Shown one piece after another: positions 17,849 through 26,960 of a stretch of 64,000 nt of DNA; the stretch's first letter is position 1; every line of letters begins with the position of its first letter. The notes beneath the pieces were generated by a model that worked only from the letters and a program-made list of their open reading frames with translations, was not told the DNA's origin and did no database searches. This DNA is from a virus. The stretch is taken from the IMG/VR virus record IMGVR_UViG_3300027782_000037, positions 32,001 to 96,000 of that record, one strand, 5' to 3'. The position numbers were made by a program, and so were the translations under genes.

Positions 17849-18410
17849 AGTCTTCTAATAGATTCATATGTAATGCCACTAGTGCGCTGTATGAAATAGA
17901 GTGGCTTTTTTTAAACGTAAACCCTCGACTATCATCACCGTCCCAAACGCTAGCAAACACTTCTTTCCAGGGACGATTTTGCAAATGTGCTTTTCCAGGT
18001 CGTATAATTGCTATAAATGCCGCCATCCTGGTGATGGAATCGGGTTGCATACGTGCCAATAAATCAGTATATTTCCCTATATGCACAAGATTGTTAGTCC
18101 ATTCGGGATCAGTCCAAAGACGTTGCCAATTAGGTTCCTTGGCTAACAGTTGATCATACTGTTCTTGGGTCTTTATCAGCTTGTACACATTCATATTCAG
18201 CAGATCTATTTTAAAATAACCACGATCTTCGGCTTCTTTGTAGTCTATTGCTGCACATTGATGTATAGGATCGTAGGGAATGTCCGTTACATACACCCCG
18301 GAGTTATGATTCCGAACTTTTCCCTGTACTGTTTGCCTTGCGGGAACGGCTCTAATCAGTTTTAATAACTGTTCCCTATCTGCTAGGTCTAAATCAATAT
18401 CTGCTGACAT
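17820..18410 (-). CDS. Minimal family-C DNA polymerase (DnaE/Pol III alpha) catalytic fragment, 196 aa
   Basis: DIDLD, HNSGVY, GYFKIDLL, AIIRPG and FKKSHSISY occur in DnaE order; start at 18410 is TAATG-coupled. Confidence 0.8.
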   Translation of the reverse strand: MSADIDLDLADREQLLKLIRAVPARQTVQGKVRNHNSGVYVTDIPYDPIHQCAAIDYKEAEDRGYFKIDLLNMNVYKLIKTQEQYDQLLAKEPNWQRLWTDPEWTNNLVHIGKYTDLLARMQPDSITRMAAFIAIIRPGKAHLQNRPWKEVFASVWDGDDSRGFTFKKSHSISYSALVALHMNLLEDSSPASVEQV

Positions 18411-19084
18411 TACCAACCTGCCTTTTTTAATAGTTCTTGTGCCTCTGCACGATTTTCAGGATCTTCTTTTAGTTTCTTAGTCCAGATATCCGGATCAATA
18501 TATGACCATATCATTGTGCGATGTTCACTGGCAATGTCTGACAAAAACTTTTGCCCGGAGTCGGAATTATACAGTACCCATGGACTAATACGACCTGCAA
18601 TAATAGCCTGTACAATAGCATTGTGATTGCCGTACCTTAAATAATCGTGCGATGGTGCCCCTTTATCTTCACTCCAATCCAGAGAATGCTCGATTGCTCT
18701 AGTTAGGGCGTCTTCCATACGTTCTACCTTAAGGTAAAACAACAGATATTCTTCATACAATGTGTCACTGCACCAGTAATCTAATTTTTTATTTTGTTTT
18801 AATATCCATTCAATAAATCTTGCAGGATTTACCACTCGTGTATTGACACAATAGTTTCCAAATTTTACAAAAGCCTTATAGTATGGGCTATCGCAAAAGT
18901 TATCATATGTTTTAGACTTGGCTGAACCCTGAGTTAATTCATAAAATTTAAGATATGCGTTAAATCCTAATCGTACTCCTGCGTCATCTTTTACTTGTCT
19001 ACGCCGTCTTGGTTCACACGAATGCGCAGCCAAGCTAGATTCTCTTACAAAAGATTTTTTACAATACTGGCAAGTATTATTCAT
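18410..19084 (-). CDS. Hypothetical protein with an N-terminal zinc finger
   Basis: CQYCKKSFVRESSLAAHSC. Confidence 0.7.
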   Translation of the reverse strand: MNNTCQYCKKSFVRESSLAAHSCEPRRRRQVKDDAGVRLGFNAYLKFYELTQGSAKSKTYDNFCDSPYYKAFVKFGNYCVNTRVVNPARFIEWILKQNKKLDYWCSDTLYEEYLLFYLKVERMEDALTRAIEHSLDWSEDKGAPSHDYLRYGNHNAIVQAIIAGRISPWVLYNSDSGQKFLSDIASEHRTMIWSYIDPDIWTKKLKEDPENRAEAQELLKKAGW

Positions 19085-19311
19085 TCTACTCGTTCAAAAT
19101 GTCGTTCTAGTTTATGTTCTTTAATATAAGGCCATCGATCACATAACTGCGTTAGCGAAATAAACACTGGTAATAATAGTGCTACCTCATTTGCTGTGAT
19201 ATGACGTACTGGTTTGTACCGCCACCGATCGCCGTCATTGTCCAGGATAATAATTTCTTTAAGTTCAGGTACTACAGCTACTTCTTTCTTCTTCCACAAT
19301 GACCAAATCAT
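19081..19311 (-). CDS. Hypothetical protein
   Basis: 76 aa; ATGA overlaps at both ends. Confidence 0.65.
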   Translation of the reverse strand: MIWSLWKKKEVAVVPELKEIIILDNDGDRWRYKPVRHITANEVALLLPVFISLTQLCDRWPYIKEHKLERHFERVE

Positions 19312-19748
19312 TTTTTTGTCTCCTGCCCTAATTCTTTTAAATAGTTGTCCACGTCTTTTTTAGTATTAATTTTTGCCATCAAATCAATTTCATCATCTCT
19401 TAAATGAGGGAATAGTTCTGTCAGCTGTTTTTTAATACCCGTAGGTTCTTTTTTCTTGGGAGATATCCAGTTATGTCGAAATACTCCCATGCCCGGGCTT
19501 ACGCTTGTAGCGCATAGCCATTGTAATTTAGGATGTTTGGCTGTGGCGAAGAAATGTTTATTCAATCTTTCGTTAGTGGCAATTAAATAATATTCCTGCA
19601 ATTCGCTACTGCCCTGAACACTACTACCCCATCGAATCATTAGATAGTTACTGAATTTCTTACGTTCTTCATCAGTAAGGCTATCATAAAATTCACGATC
19701 CTTGCGATCAAAACAGGCCATTTCGTTTGCAATACCAAGTTTATCCAC
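19308..19748 (-). CDS. Clamp-loader small subunit (T4 gp62-like)
   Basis: FSNYLMIRW...NERLNKHFF...LQWL...WISPKKK resembles the gp62 pattern. Confidence 0.55.
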   Translation of the reverse strand: MDKLGIANEMACFDRKDREFYDSLTDEERKKFSNYLMIRWGSSVQGSSELQEYYLIATNERLNKHFFATAKHPKLQWLCATSVSPGMGVFRHNWISPKKKEPTGIKKQLTELFPHLRDDEIDLMAKINTKKDVDNYLKELGQETKK

Positions 19749-19986
19749 GTTTAATTTGTCCCGCTAATTCACTAATTTGATCTTTAATACGTGTAATATC
19801 TCGTCGCATTTTCTCAATAATCCGTACGTTGGCTTCGTTTGATGCTTGCAAATTTTTAACCATAGTTTCTAAATCAACTACCATTTTTTCCTTGACCGCC
19901 ACTCTATTGGGCAGTATAGGTTCATCACCTGGTCCATATTGATCATTAGCTGTTACCATATTAAAACGCCTTATTATAATTAACAA
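19741..19986 (-). CDS. Hypothetical coiled-coil protein (true start probably the ATG near 19959)
   Basis: Heptad repeats; fills the gap in the operon. Confidence 0.6.
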   Translation of the reverse strand: MLIIIRRFNMVTANDQYGPGDEPILPNRVAVKEKMVVDLETMVKNLQASNEANVRIIEKMRRDITRIKDQISELAGQIKRG

Positions 19987-20461
19987 TCTCGCATGTGCGA
20001 CTTATGTCTTTAACAAAATATACACAGTCGGGCTTCTTACCTTCGTTTATAGGAACACATAATAATTGACCATTTTTAAGTTTGGGTGCATACCAAGTTA
20101 CATCTTGATATACATCTAAAATTTCCACTTCCAAAAAACTTGGCCTAAAACTAGTTAGTGGGTTAAATTGAAATGCCTTAAAACCTCGATCATTGAGTGC
20201 TGACAAAGGTATTACTTCCAGGTCACCCGCCTCGGGATCACCAATTAATAACTGCCAATCAACGGGCATACGTACTCTATACTCACCTATTCGTAATACC
20301 AGTGCAGGACTATTAAAACTTTCCAGGAAGATTAGTGGAATATAATGGTAGTCGGGATCTTGTGGATTGGAATTATCCAAAATACTAAATCGCATATCAT
20401 CTATTTCTTCTGGTAGGTGATTTAAGTCATATGGTTCGTTGTCTAGGGTTAATATTTTCAT
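19961..20461 (-). CDS. Hypothetical all-beta protein, possibly a Hint (intein-like) fold
   Basis: Beta-strand spacing resembles Hint blocks, but there is no Cys1 and no terminal His-Asn. Confidence 0.45.
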   Translation of the reverse strand: MKILTLDNEPYDLNHLPEEIDDMRFSILDNSNPQDPDYHYIPLIFLESFNSPALVLRIGEYRVRMPVDWQLLIGDPEAGDLEVIPLSALNDRGFKAFQFNPLTSFRPSFLEVEILDVYQDVTWYAPKLKNGQLLCVPINEGKKPDCVYFVKDISRTCEIVNYNKAF

Positions 20462-20467
20462 ATTGTT

Positions 20468-20496
20468 ATTTTACTTTATATAGCCGCATATAGCAA
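20468..20496 (-). promoter_or_regulatory. Sigma70-type promoter, predicted leaderless, heading the operon that ends in mini-DnaE
   Basis: TTGCTA-17 nt-TAAAAT-6 nt-ATG(20461). Confidence 0.7.
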
Positions 20497-20501
20497 CCTT
20501 T

Positions 20502-21962
20502 TTATTTCCATTCCAATTTTTCTTGGGTATATGGATAGTTGGCGTCTTTGTAAAATACTTTACGTTTGGTTAAGTGACGTTTAGCAAATTTACAAGTTGA
20601 TGTTATGTCCCATATTTGCACATGGTCTTTGTCTTCAGCCTTTCTAATGCCACGCCCTATACTTTGGATAACCCTAACAAAAGATTTACCAGGCTCAATA
20701 AGCACCAGATTAAAGATCCTAGGAATATTGATGCCAACAGCGGCGACACCGTAAGTTGCCACGATAATTTTACCCGTGCTAATTGCGACCTCAGCATATT
20801 CTTCATCTCTTTTAGTTCCTTTAGTTGCCCCACTAACAAATACCGCGTGATCTCCCAGTAATTCCACTAGTGCATGACCCGCAGCAACACGGTCAACCAG
20901 CACTAATGTATTGCCCGTTAAGTTTACCTTTCCCACTAGTTTAGCTACAGTTTCTAGACGTTCTTTATTTTCCAACAAAAATTTTAGTTCGCTTTGATAG
21001 TTTGCGAACTCTGCGTGGTCAATTAATTGAACGATGTTAACATGACATTGTGCTAATACCCCTCGCTCTTGCAATTCGCTAGCTGATAACTGATTGGTAA
21101 CGGGCCCAAGACTACATGTTAATGCTTGGAATTCAAAAGGTTCCTTGGGAACAGTACCAGTTAATCCCCAGCGAATGGGGATACGACTCATTACTGTAGT
21201 GAGTAATGTTTTAAGTGCATCTGCCTTGGCCATATGTACTTCATCTACCATTACACATACTACGCCTTCCAAAAATTCTTGTATCGTAATATCTGTATTA
21301 TAGTTCTTGGTATTTTTAAGTAAATTATTTAGGCTTTGCCACGTGCATATAGTATGAGTTTTACCAATGTCTTTTCTATCACCAAAGTAAACTCCCACAT
21401 CTAATTCCAAACTTAGATAATCTCGTTCGGTTTGCGTCACCAGTGACTTATTAGGCACAATTACTATTGTTCTACCATGTGCTTCACAACGTTGGCTCAG
21501 AGCTGCGGTCATAATCGTCTTACCAGCACCAGTAGCAACTTCTTGTATAGATTGTGGATTTGTCAAAAAGTTGTTAATGATTTCAACTTGGTAGTCGCGC
21601 AGTTTAATAGGCTGACCCGCCAGTGGATGACCTTCTCCCCACATGATATGAGAAAAAGTATCTTCCGTTACACGTTCAAATGTAAAGCTAGTTGAGTAAT
21701 CTCTTTGATCATCAAGTTCGATATTATAATTAAAATTATCCAATATGGGAATAATCTCGGGCAGCAGATTCACATACGTGCTACCGCCCAATTGAAAATA
21801 TGCTACCTTACCGTCCCATCGCCCCAGTCTAACTGCTGGTTGATAACGTGCTCCTGGTACATCATATTTGAAAGTATTGACTAGTTTTCGTCTAGCATCT
21901 AACTCAAGTCCTTCGATTTTAATATTGACCTCATCCTTAACTATGATAGTGGCTGTTTTCAT
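20502..21962 (-). CDS. uvsW: SF2 DNA helicase UvsW
   Basis: LRDYQ, ATGAGKT, VDEVH, GLTGT, QSIGRGIR; T4-like recombination context. Confidence 0.9.
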   Translation of the reverse strand: MKTATIIVKDEVNIKIEGLELDARRKLVNTFKYDVPGARYQPAVRLGRWDGKVAYFQLGGSTYVNLLPEIIPILDNFNYNIELDDQRDYSTSFTFERVTEDTFSHIMWGEGHPLAGQPIKLRDYQVEIINNFLTNPQSIQEVATGAGKTIMTAALSQRCEAHGRTIVIVPNKSLVTQTERDYLSLELDVGVYFGDRKDIGKTHTICTWQSLNNLLKNTKNYNTDITIQEFLEGVVCVMVDEVHMAKADALKTLLTTVMSRIPIRWGLTGTVPKEPFEFQALTCSLGPVTNQLSASELQERGVLAQCHVNIVQLIDHAEFANYQSELKFLLENKERLETVAKLVGKVNLTGNTLVLVDRVAAGHALVELLGDHAVFVSGATKGTKRDEEYAEVAISTGKIIVATYGVAAVGINIPRIFNLVLIEPGKSFVRVIQSIGRGIRKAEDKDHVQIWDITSTCKFAKRHLTKRKVFYKDANYPYTQEKLEWK

Positions 21963-22411
21963 AGCTGTACATCTTCCATTCCCGCTGCTCTAAGTCGCAC
22001 AACATGTCCTAACATAAAATTTTTGGATTCAAGTGATTTCATAATGCCCAAATAACGATTGCGTAGCAACGCAACTTCATTGATAAGTGTTTCAAAATCA
22101 ATAACGTCATCTTCGCCATCGACATATTTTTCAGCATCTCGACTGGTCAATGCGCGAGCGTAACCTTCTAAATATTTCTGAAAGAATTTTCGACGTATTT
22201 TACGTAGTTGTAGATTAAGAAAGTTTAATACTGCTTCTATTTCTTGTAATTGGTTAAACCTATGCTCAGTGATGCCCGGTAGGGCAGTAACATTCTTTTC
22301 AATAATACCCCCTATCTGGCAATCCTGTTTGGCTTTTACGAGTTCGGCTTCATAATGTGAGATAAAATCTGGTATCACACTTAAATCTGCCGCAACACGA
22401 CTATACCACAT
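21959..22411 (-). CDS. uvsY: Recombination mediator UvsY
   Basis: Size, helical pattern (DAEKYVDGEDD...KNFML...RAAG) and position between uvsX and uvsW. Confidence 0.7.
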   Translation of the reverse strand: MWYSRVAADLSVIPDFISHYEAELVKAKQDCQIGGIIEKNVTALPGITEHRFNQLQEIEAVLNFLNLQLRKIRRKFFQKYLEGYARALTSRDAEKYVDGEDDVIDFETLINEVALLRNRYLGIMKSLESKNFMLGHVVRLRAAGMEDVQL

Positions 22412-22413
22412 GC

Positions 22414-22668
22414 TTAGTCCTCATAACCGTCATCTTCGTCCCAGTCAAGGGTATCTTCTTCGTCTTCATCATCTGGGTGATCTTTAAGATAACTGGTAAG
22501 AGCACGTTTGATATCCGAGTCGCCTTTAAACGTATCTTTAATATCATCGGCAGAAATATCATTGTCAATTAAAACTGACACTATTGTTTCTGCCGCTTCA
22601 TCACGATCGACTGTATTAACGAAACGCTTTAATTCATTATAAATTTCTCTTGCTAAATCTACTGACAT
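22414..22668 (-). CDS. Small acidic hypothetical protein
   Basis: 84 aa with a D/E-rich C-terminal tail; SD GGAGG. Confidence 0.7.
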   Translation of the reverse strand: MSVDLAREIYNELKRFVNTVDRDEAAETIVSVLIDNDISADDIKDTFKGDSDIKRALTSYLKDHPDDEDEEDTLDWDEDDGYED

Positions 22669-22670
22669 TG

Positions 22671-23729
22671 TTATTCCTCCGTGGTTATGTCTTCAATACT
22701 TACTGTTGCTGGATGTTTTCCAAAGGTTTCCATAATTTTATCTAGACAACCATCTTCATTTGCTTCCCATTTTTTGCGAAATTGTTTGATAACTTCGCCG
22801 TCCGGGGTAACAAACACTAGACTGTTGCCTTCTTTTTTCAACATTTGTCGTTTTTCAGCTAGGTCAACCATGCCGCTGTATGGATTCATGCCGGTTTCAT
22901 AAGGGATCTTAATCTGCATACCTTCAAATGGTTTTGCGTATCGTGTTTTCATTACTTTACATCCAGCACGAATACCCATAACATCACCAATTTTATTGCC
23001 ATCTTCATCTTCTTTCAACTTCATTTTCTTCATAGCAACAACAATACTAGAAGCATAGATAAAGCCTTGCCCACCTGAGATTTTATCATCGGGGTCAAAC
23101 ATATCTTGACTTGCATATGTATGATTGGTACATACCATACCCACGTTATAACTACCAAACATGTTTACACAATTACGAACTAGTGATGTAAGTGCTTTAG
23201 GTTTGCGACCCATGTCACCTTTCATATCACCATCATCAAACTGCTTAACATCAGTTGGAGTTAACAACATACCCAGTGAGTCAATAACAAACAAGACCTT
23301 AGGACGTTCGCCTTCTGCGAGTGTTTTGTAATCGCTCATAAATGTTGCGATTGTCTTGGCTACATCATCTATCATAGCCATGTTGAGTTTAAGTAACTTG
23401 CTTTCATCAGTATCAACGCCAAGTGCTTGTAACCAAGATTCATCTAATGCGTTTTCTGAGTCAATTAATACGACAAAAATGCCTTGATCTTGTGCGTTTT
23501 TAACGATGTTACCTGAACAAATGTAACTCTTACCAGCACCTGATTCACCGGCAAATACTGTTACCTTACCCAAGGGAATACCTTTGTTAAAGTCCCCACT
23601 AATAAGATAATTTAAGGCAAAATTGCCTGTACTGATCCAATCTGTCGGATCATTATATCCGATTGACATACCTTCAATTGATTTGGTAATATCTCGACGG
23701 AACTTACTGAAGTCATACGGCTTAGCCAT
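22671..23729 (-). CDS. uvsX: RecA-like recombinase UvsX
   Basis: ISTG, GESGAGKS, IDSENA, VIDSLG, SGGQGFIYAS, KTR. Confidence 0.93.
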   Translation of the reverse strand: MAKPYDFSKFRRDITKSIEGMSIGYNDPTDWISTGNFALNYLISGDFNKGIPLGKVTVFAGESGAGKSYICSGNIVKNAQDQGIFVVLIDSENALDESWLQALGVDTDESKLLKLNMAMIDDVAKTIATFMSDYKTLAEGERPKVLFVIDSLGMLLTPTDVKQFDDGDMKGDMGRKPKALTSLVRNCVNMFGSYNVGMVCTNHTYASQDMFDPDDKISGGQGFIYASSIVVAMKKMKLKEDEDGNKIGDVMGIRAGCKVMKTRYAKPFEGMQIKIPYETGMNPYSGMVDLAEKRQMLKKEGNSLVFVTPDGEVIKQFRKKWEANEDGCLDKIMETFGKHPATVSIEDITTEE

Positions 23730-23757
23730 GGTTAATCCTTATTTTTTTCATAGATAT

Positions 23758-23787
23758 AATAACATAAGGGTTGCCCCCTATGTTATT
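23758..23787 (-). terminator. 13-bp stem with a GCAA tetraloop between ssb and uvsX (terminator or processing/stability hairpin)
   Basis: Minus strand: AATAACATAGGGG-GCAA-CCCTTATGTTATT. Confidence 0.7.
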
Positions 23788-23801
23788 GAACGGCCAACTG
23801 C

Positions 23802-24788
23802 TTATGTCTTTTGGCGTGCTTTGATTCTAGCTAAGATGTCTGCCGGATTCATTGGAGCAGCCGCAGCAGCAGCTACTGGTGCTGTTGGCATGTCATCGTC
23901 ATCATCAAAACTACTTGAAGTAGCGGCAGGAGTTGGCTTTGTAGGCACAAATTCTTCATCATCTGCTGGCGCTGCTGCTGGTGCCGAAGATTGTGATGCT
24001 GGTGCTTGTAAGCCTGCTGGGCGGAAATACTGTCCCCAACGTTCTGCATCATAGCTTTGCCCATCAACTGAAGCTTCAAACATTTCTGCAATAACTTTAA
24101 GTTCGATTTCTGTTGGACGCTTTGGTAAAAATGTTGACAGGTCAAACAATCCATACTGTTCAATTGCCGCTTGTTCAGCTGCTAATAGAGCTGATTCTTT
24201 ACGTGCCCATTTAGATGAACTGTAGTCAGCAAAGCCACCTTTGGAGCCCTTGGTAACACGGAAGTCCAAGCCACGCAGATAGTCTGTTGGCAATTCTTCT
24301 AGTTCAGGATCCATCAATGCTGATTTGATTGAAGTAAAGATTTGTGGTCCAATAATAAAACGACGGATTGGATTTTCTGGAGTCTTGTCGTCGGCGAGAG
24401 GATTCTCACGAACAAAGCCTTGGAAAATGTAATCACGCTTTTTCCAATACTTGCGACCCATTTCTTCCATTGATTTATCTTTAAACCAATTGCGTACTTC
24501 GCTTAAGATTGGGCAAGTATCGCCCCACATTTCTACACATGGAACACGTACTTGTACTTGTTTTGATTCTACTTCGCCCTTAATGCCAGCGAATGGTAAC
24601 CGAATCATAGCACGTTCTTGCCAGAAGAAAGTGTTCTTTGAATTACCGTCTGGGATAAAGCGTAGTGTCGCGGCAGTACCTTCTGCAATGTTCCAGTGTG
24701 GATAAATTGCGTTGTCGCCTTGAGATTGGTTTGTGTTTTTTGCTTCTGTTTGTGCTAAACGAGCACGGATTTCTGCTAATGATGCCAT
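23802..24788 (-). CDS. Single-stranded DNA-binding protein (T4 gp32-like)
   Basis: ATLRFIPD, CVEMWGDTCPI, GLDFRVTK, ADYSSSKW and an acidic tail. Confidence 0.88.
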   Translation of the reverse strand: MASLAEIRARLAQTEAKNTNQSQGDNAIYPHWNIAEGTAATLRFIPDGNSKNTFFWQERAMIRLPFAGIKGEVESKQVQVRVPCVEMWGDTCPILSEVRNWFKDKSMEEMGRKYWKKRDYIFQGFVRENPLADDKTPENPIRRFIIGPQIFTSIKSALMDPELEELPTDYLRGLDFRVTKGSKGGFADYSSSKWARKESALLAAEQAAIEQYGLFDLSTFLPKRPTEIELKVIAEMFEASVDGQSYDAERWGQYFRPAGLQAPASQSSAPAAAPADDEEFVPTKPTPAATSSSFDDDDDMPTAPVAAAAAAPMNPADILARIKARQKT

Positions 24789-24950
24789 TTTATGATGCCT
24801 TTCTAAGTTAAGTAAAATGTGATGCCTATCTAAATGATTAGATTATTAGTTGCTTGCCTATTAATTATACACATCTAGGTCTGTGTTTACTAACAAAACG
24901 ACAAACAAACTAAGGTTAAGTTTGCCGTTCTATTCGTATGTCTTATTTAT

Positions 24951-26945
24951 CTATTTTGTAATTCCTGCTAGAAATTTAATGCGATCCATCATGTCTGCGT
25001 CTACACCCTCTACAGATTGCATTCTGCCAGAGTGACCATATGCACCAGCAAGTGCGCTGCGATCGCCAGTCGTTTCCATCATGCTTTCTTCAAAATCATC
25101 GGGACGGTCTGAATGGTATCCGCGATGGTGATGATACTCGGCTGCTTTATCTAAAGCGTCAGGATTTTCTTTTGATGCTAACATTTTTTTAAGTTCGGCA
25201 ATTCTTGCTTCACGTGCCTTGCCTTGTTTCCATTCTCTGTGATCATCACTCATAGCATAATAAGGATCAGCGGCTGCTGCTGCTTCTAATTTTGCTAATT
25301 CTTCTTCTGGTGATAGTTCGGCTTGTACAGGTGGTTTCCATTTGTTAACGGGGGTCTTCCCTGCATTGTCCAGTACTCTCCGTACGAATGATGCAAAGTT
25401 ATGTTCGTGTCCGCCTATCAATCTCCAGAGTTTACCGGACTTAGTGGTAATCACAACATCATTATCAGCGTCTTTTTCGTAAGTTCCGTATGGTTTACCA
25501 TCTAATTCAATTTCACCATTACTAAATTTTATTACATGCCCATTTTGTGAATATTCTTTATCATCCATATTTTCTGTTATAGTAACACCTGCTAGTTTGG
25601 CCATTTCACTTAGTGCATTTTGGTCTGCTGCCGGTGCGGGCGGTGCCGCTGGGGCTGGTGCCGCTGGGGGCGTTGTCCCAGTATTATCAGTTGATTTTGC
25701 CATTTGTCCCAACACTTGTGCTATGGCAGGATTATCTTTTAATTCTTCCAGACGATCTTTAATAACTTTTCTGGCATCTGCATTAGGATTTTCTTTGGCC
25801 ATTTGTTTTAATTTTTCATTTAACTTGTCATCAACAAATATATCAGCCAGTTGAGAAATAACATTGAACCCATCCGCACCCACTGCTAATTCGGTACTTA
25901 ATAACTTGATCAGTTCGGCTTGTTGTTCCTTGGACTCGGGAAATTTTTGCTCCTTGGCATCGTCATTATCCTCAACTACAAAGTTTACCCATTGTTCAAA
26001 TATATTAGCTTCTTTCATTTTTTGTTCCTGTTGTAGTTTTGCCAGTAAGGGTAGTGCTTGTTCAACACGTGAATCAATATTTTTTTCAACAAACATATGA
26101 CGCAAATCTTCTATAATAACATCTTCATCTGTTATTTCGGCTGGATCCCATGATTCAAAATACTTTGTGTACCCTGTTTTTGTACATAGACTTTTTAAAT
26201 TATGCTGTAGTGTTTCGTAGTATAAGTTGGCACTTTCAACTAAGTTTGCCGTGTCGCCTTCAAATATTCTTCCCTGATTAGCTCGTTTAAATCTACTGAG
26301 TAAATTCATTTCTTGAACTATAGTAACAATATGATTACCACGAAGGTCGTAAGGTTTGCCACCTTGTCTAACATGTTCTATCATGGCGCGGCCAGCTGCC
26401 AGCTTTGTAAATGGTAATTTAAATCTTTCACCGTCGGCTGTTTCTACATACAGTGATTCAATATAACGGAAACGAGCATCATTTTCACCAATAACACGCT
26501 TATGTTTGATCATTAATCGTGCTTCTGTTTCGACACCGTTCCAGGATTGCGTTTTTGTTCCGGCCCAGCTTTCGCTAAGAGCAGTTTGCCCTTGCATGGT
26601 ATATTTCAGTTTGCTTAAATCTTGTGCATTAAATCCGCCGGGTATATTCTCACGAACAGCAAAATTCTTCAACTGGTTTAGGAAAGAAAACCAACCGTCT
26701 TTGTCGTCGGATTCCATGGTTTTACCCAGATTATCCCCAAAGAAAAGAGTTAGTCCTTCGTCACTTATAGAAACAACCGCAGTCCCGTAATTCTTATTTG
26801 ACTGCCCCTTATACTCAAAGGAAAAAGATACCGCCTGAGAGGGCGGGACATCTTTTTTTATTCCGCCGGCGGCACGGCCCACAGGATTAAAATCTCTGGT
26901 GACCAATAAATCATGTAAATGCTGGTTAACGTTGTCGGCTTTCAT
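24951..26945 (-). CDS. Large hypothetical protein, probably a prohead or internal protein
   Basis: 664 aa; late promoter 26953-26958; low-complexity linkers; two xxLAG motifs; adjacent to the terminase. Confidence 0.6.
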   Translation of the reverse strand: MKADNVNQHLHDLLVTRDFNPVGRAAGGIKKDVPPSQAVSFSFEYKGQSNKNYGTAVVSISDEGLTLFFGDNLGKTMESDDKDGWFSFLNQLKNFAVRENIPGGFNAQDLSKLKYTMQGQTALSESWAGTKTQSWNGVETEARLMIKHKRVIGENDARFRYIESLYVETADGERFKLPFTKLAAGRAMIEHVRQGGKPYDLRGNHIVTIVQEMNLLSRFKRANQGRIFEGDTANLVESANLYYETLQHNLKSLCTKTGYTKYFESWDPAEITDEDVIIEDLRHMFVEKNIDSRVEQALPLLAKLQQEQKMKEANIFEQWVNFVVEDNDDAKEQKFPESKEQQAELIKLLSTELAVGADGFNVISQLADIFVDDKLNEKLKQMAKENPNADARKVIKDRLEELKDNPAIAQVLGQMAKSTDNTGTTPPAAPAPAAPPAPAADQNALSEMAKLAGVTITENMDDKEYSQNGHVIKFSNGEIELDGKPYGTYEKDADNDVVITTKSGKLWRLIGGHEHNFASFVRRVLDNAGKTPVNKWKPPVQAELSPEEELAKLEAAAAADPYYAMSDDHREWKQGKAREARIAELKKMLASKENPDALDKAAEYHHHRGYHSDRPDDFEESMMETTGDRSALAGAYGHSGRMQSVEGVDADMMDRIKFLAGITK

Positions 26946-26960
26946 AATATATTATTTATG

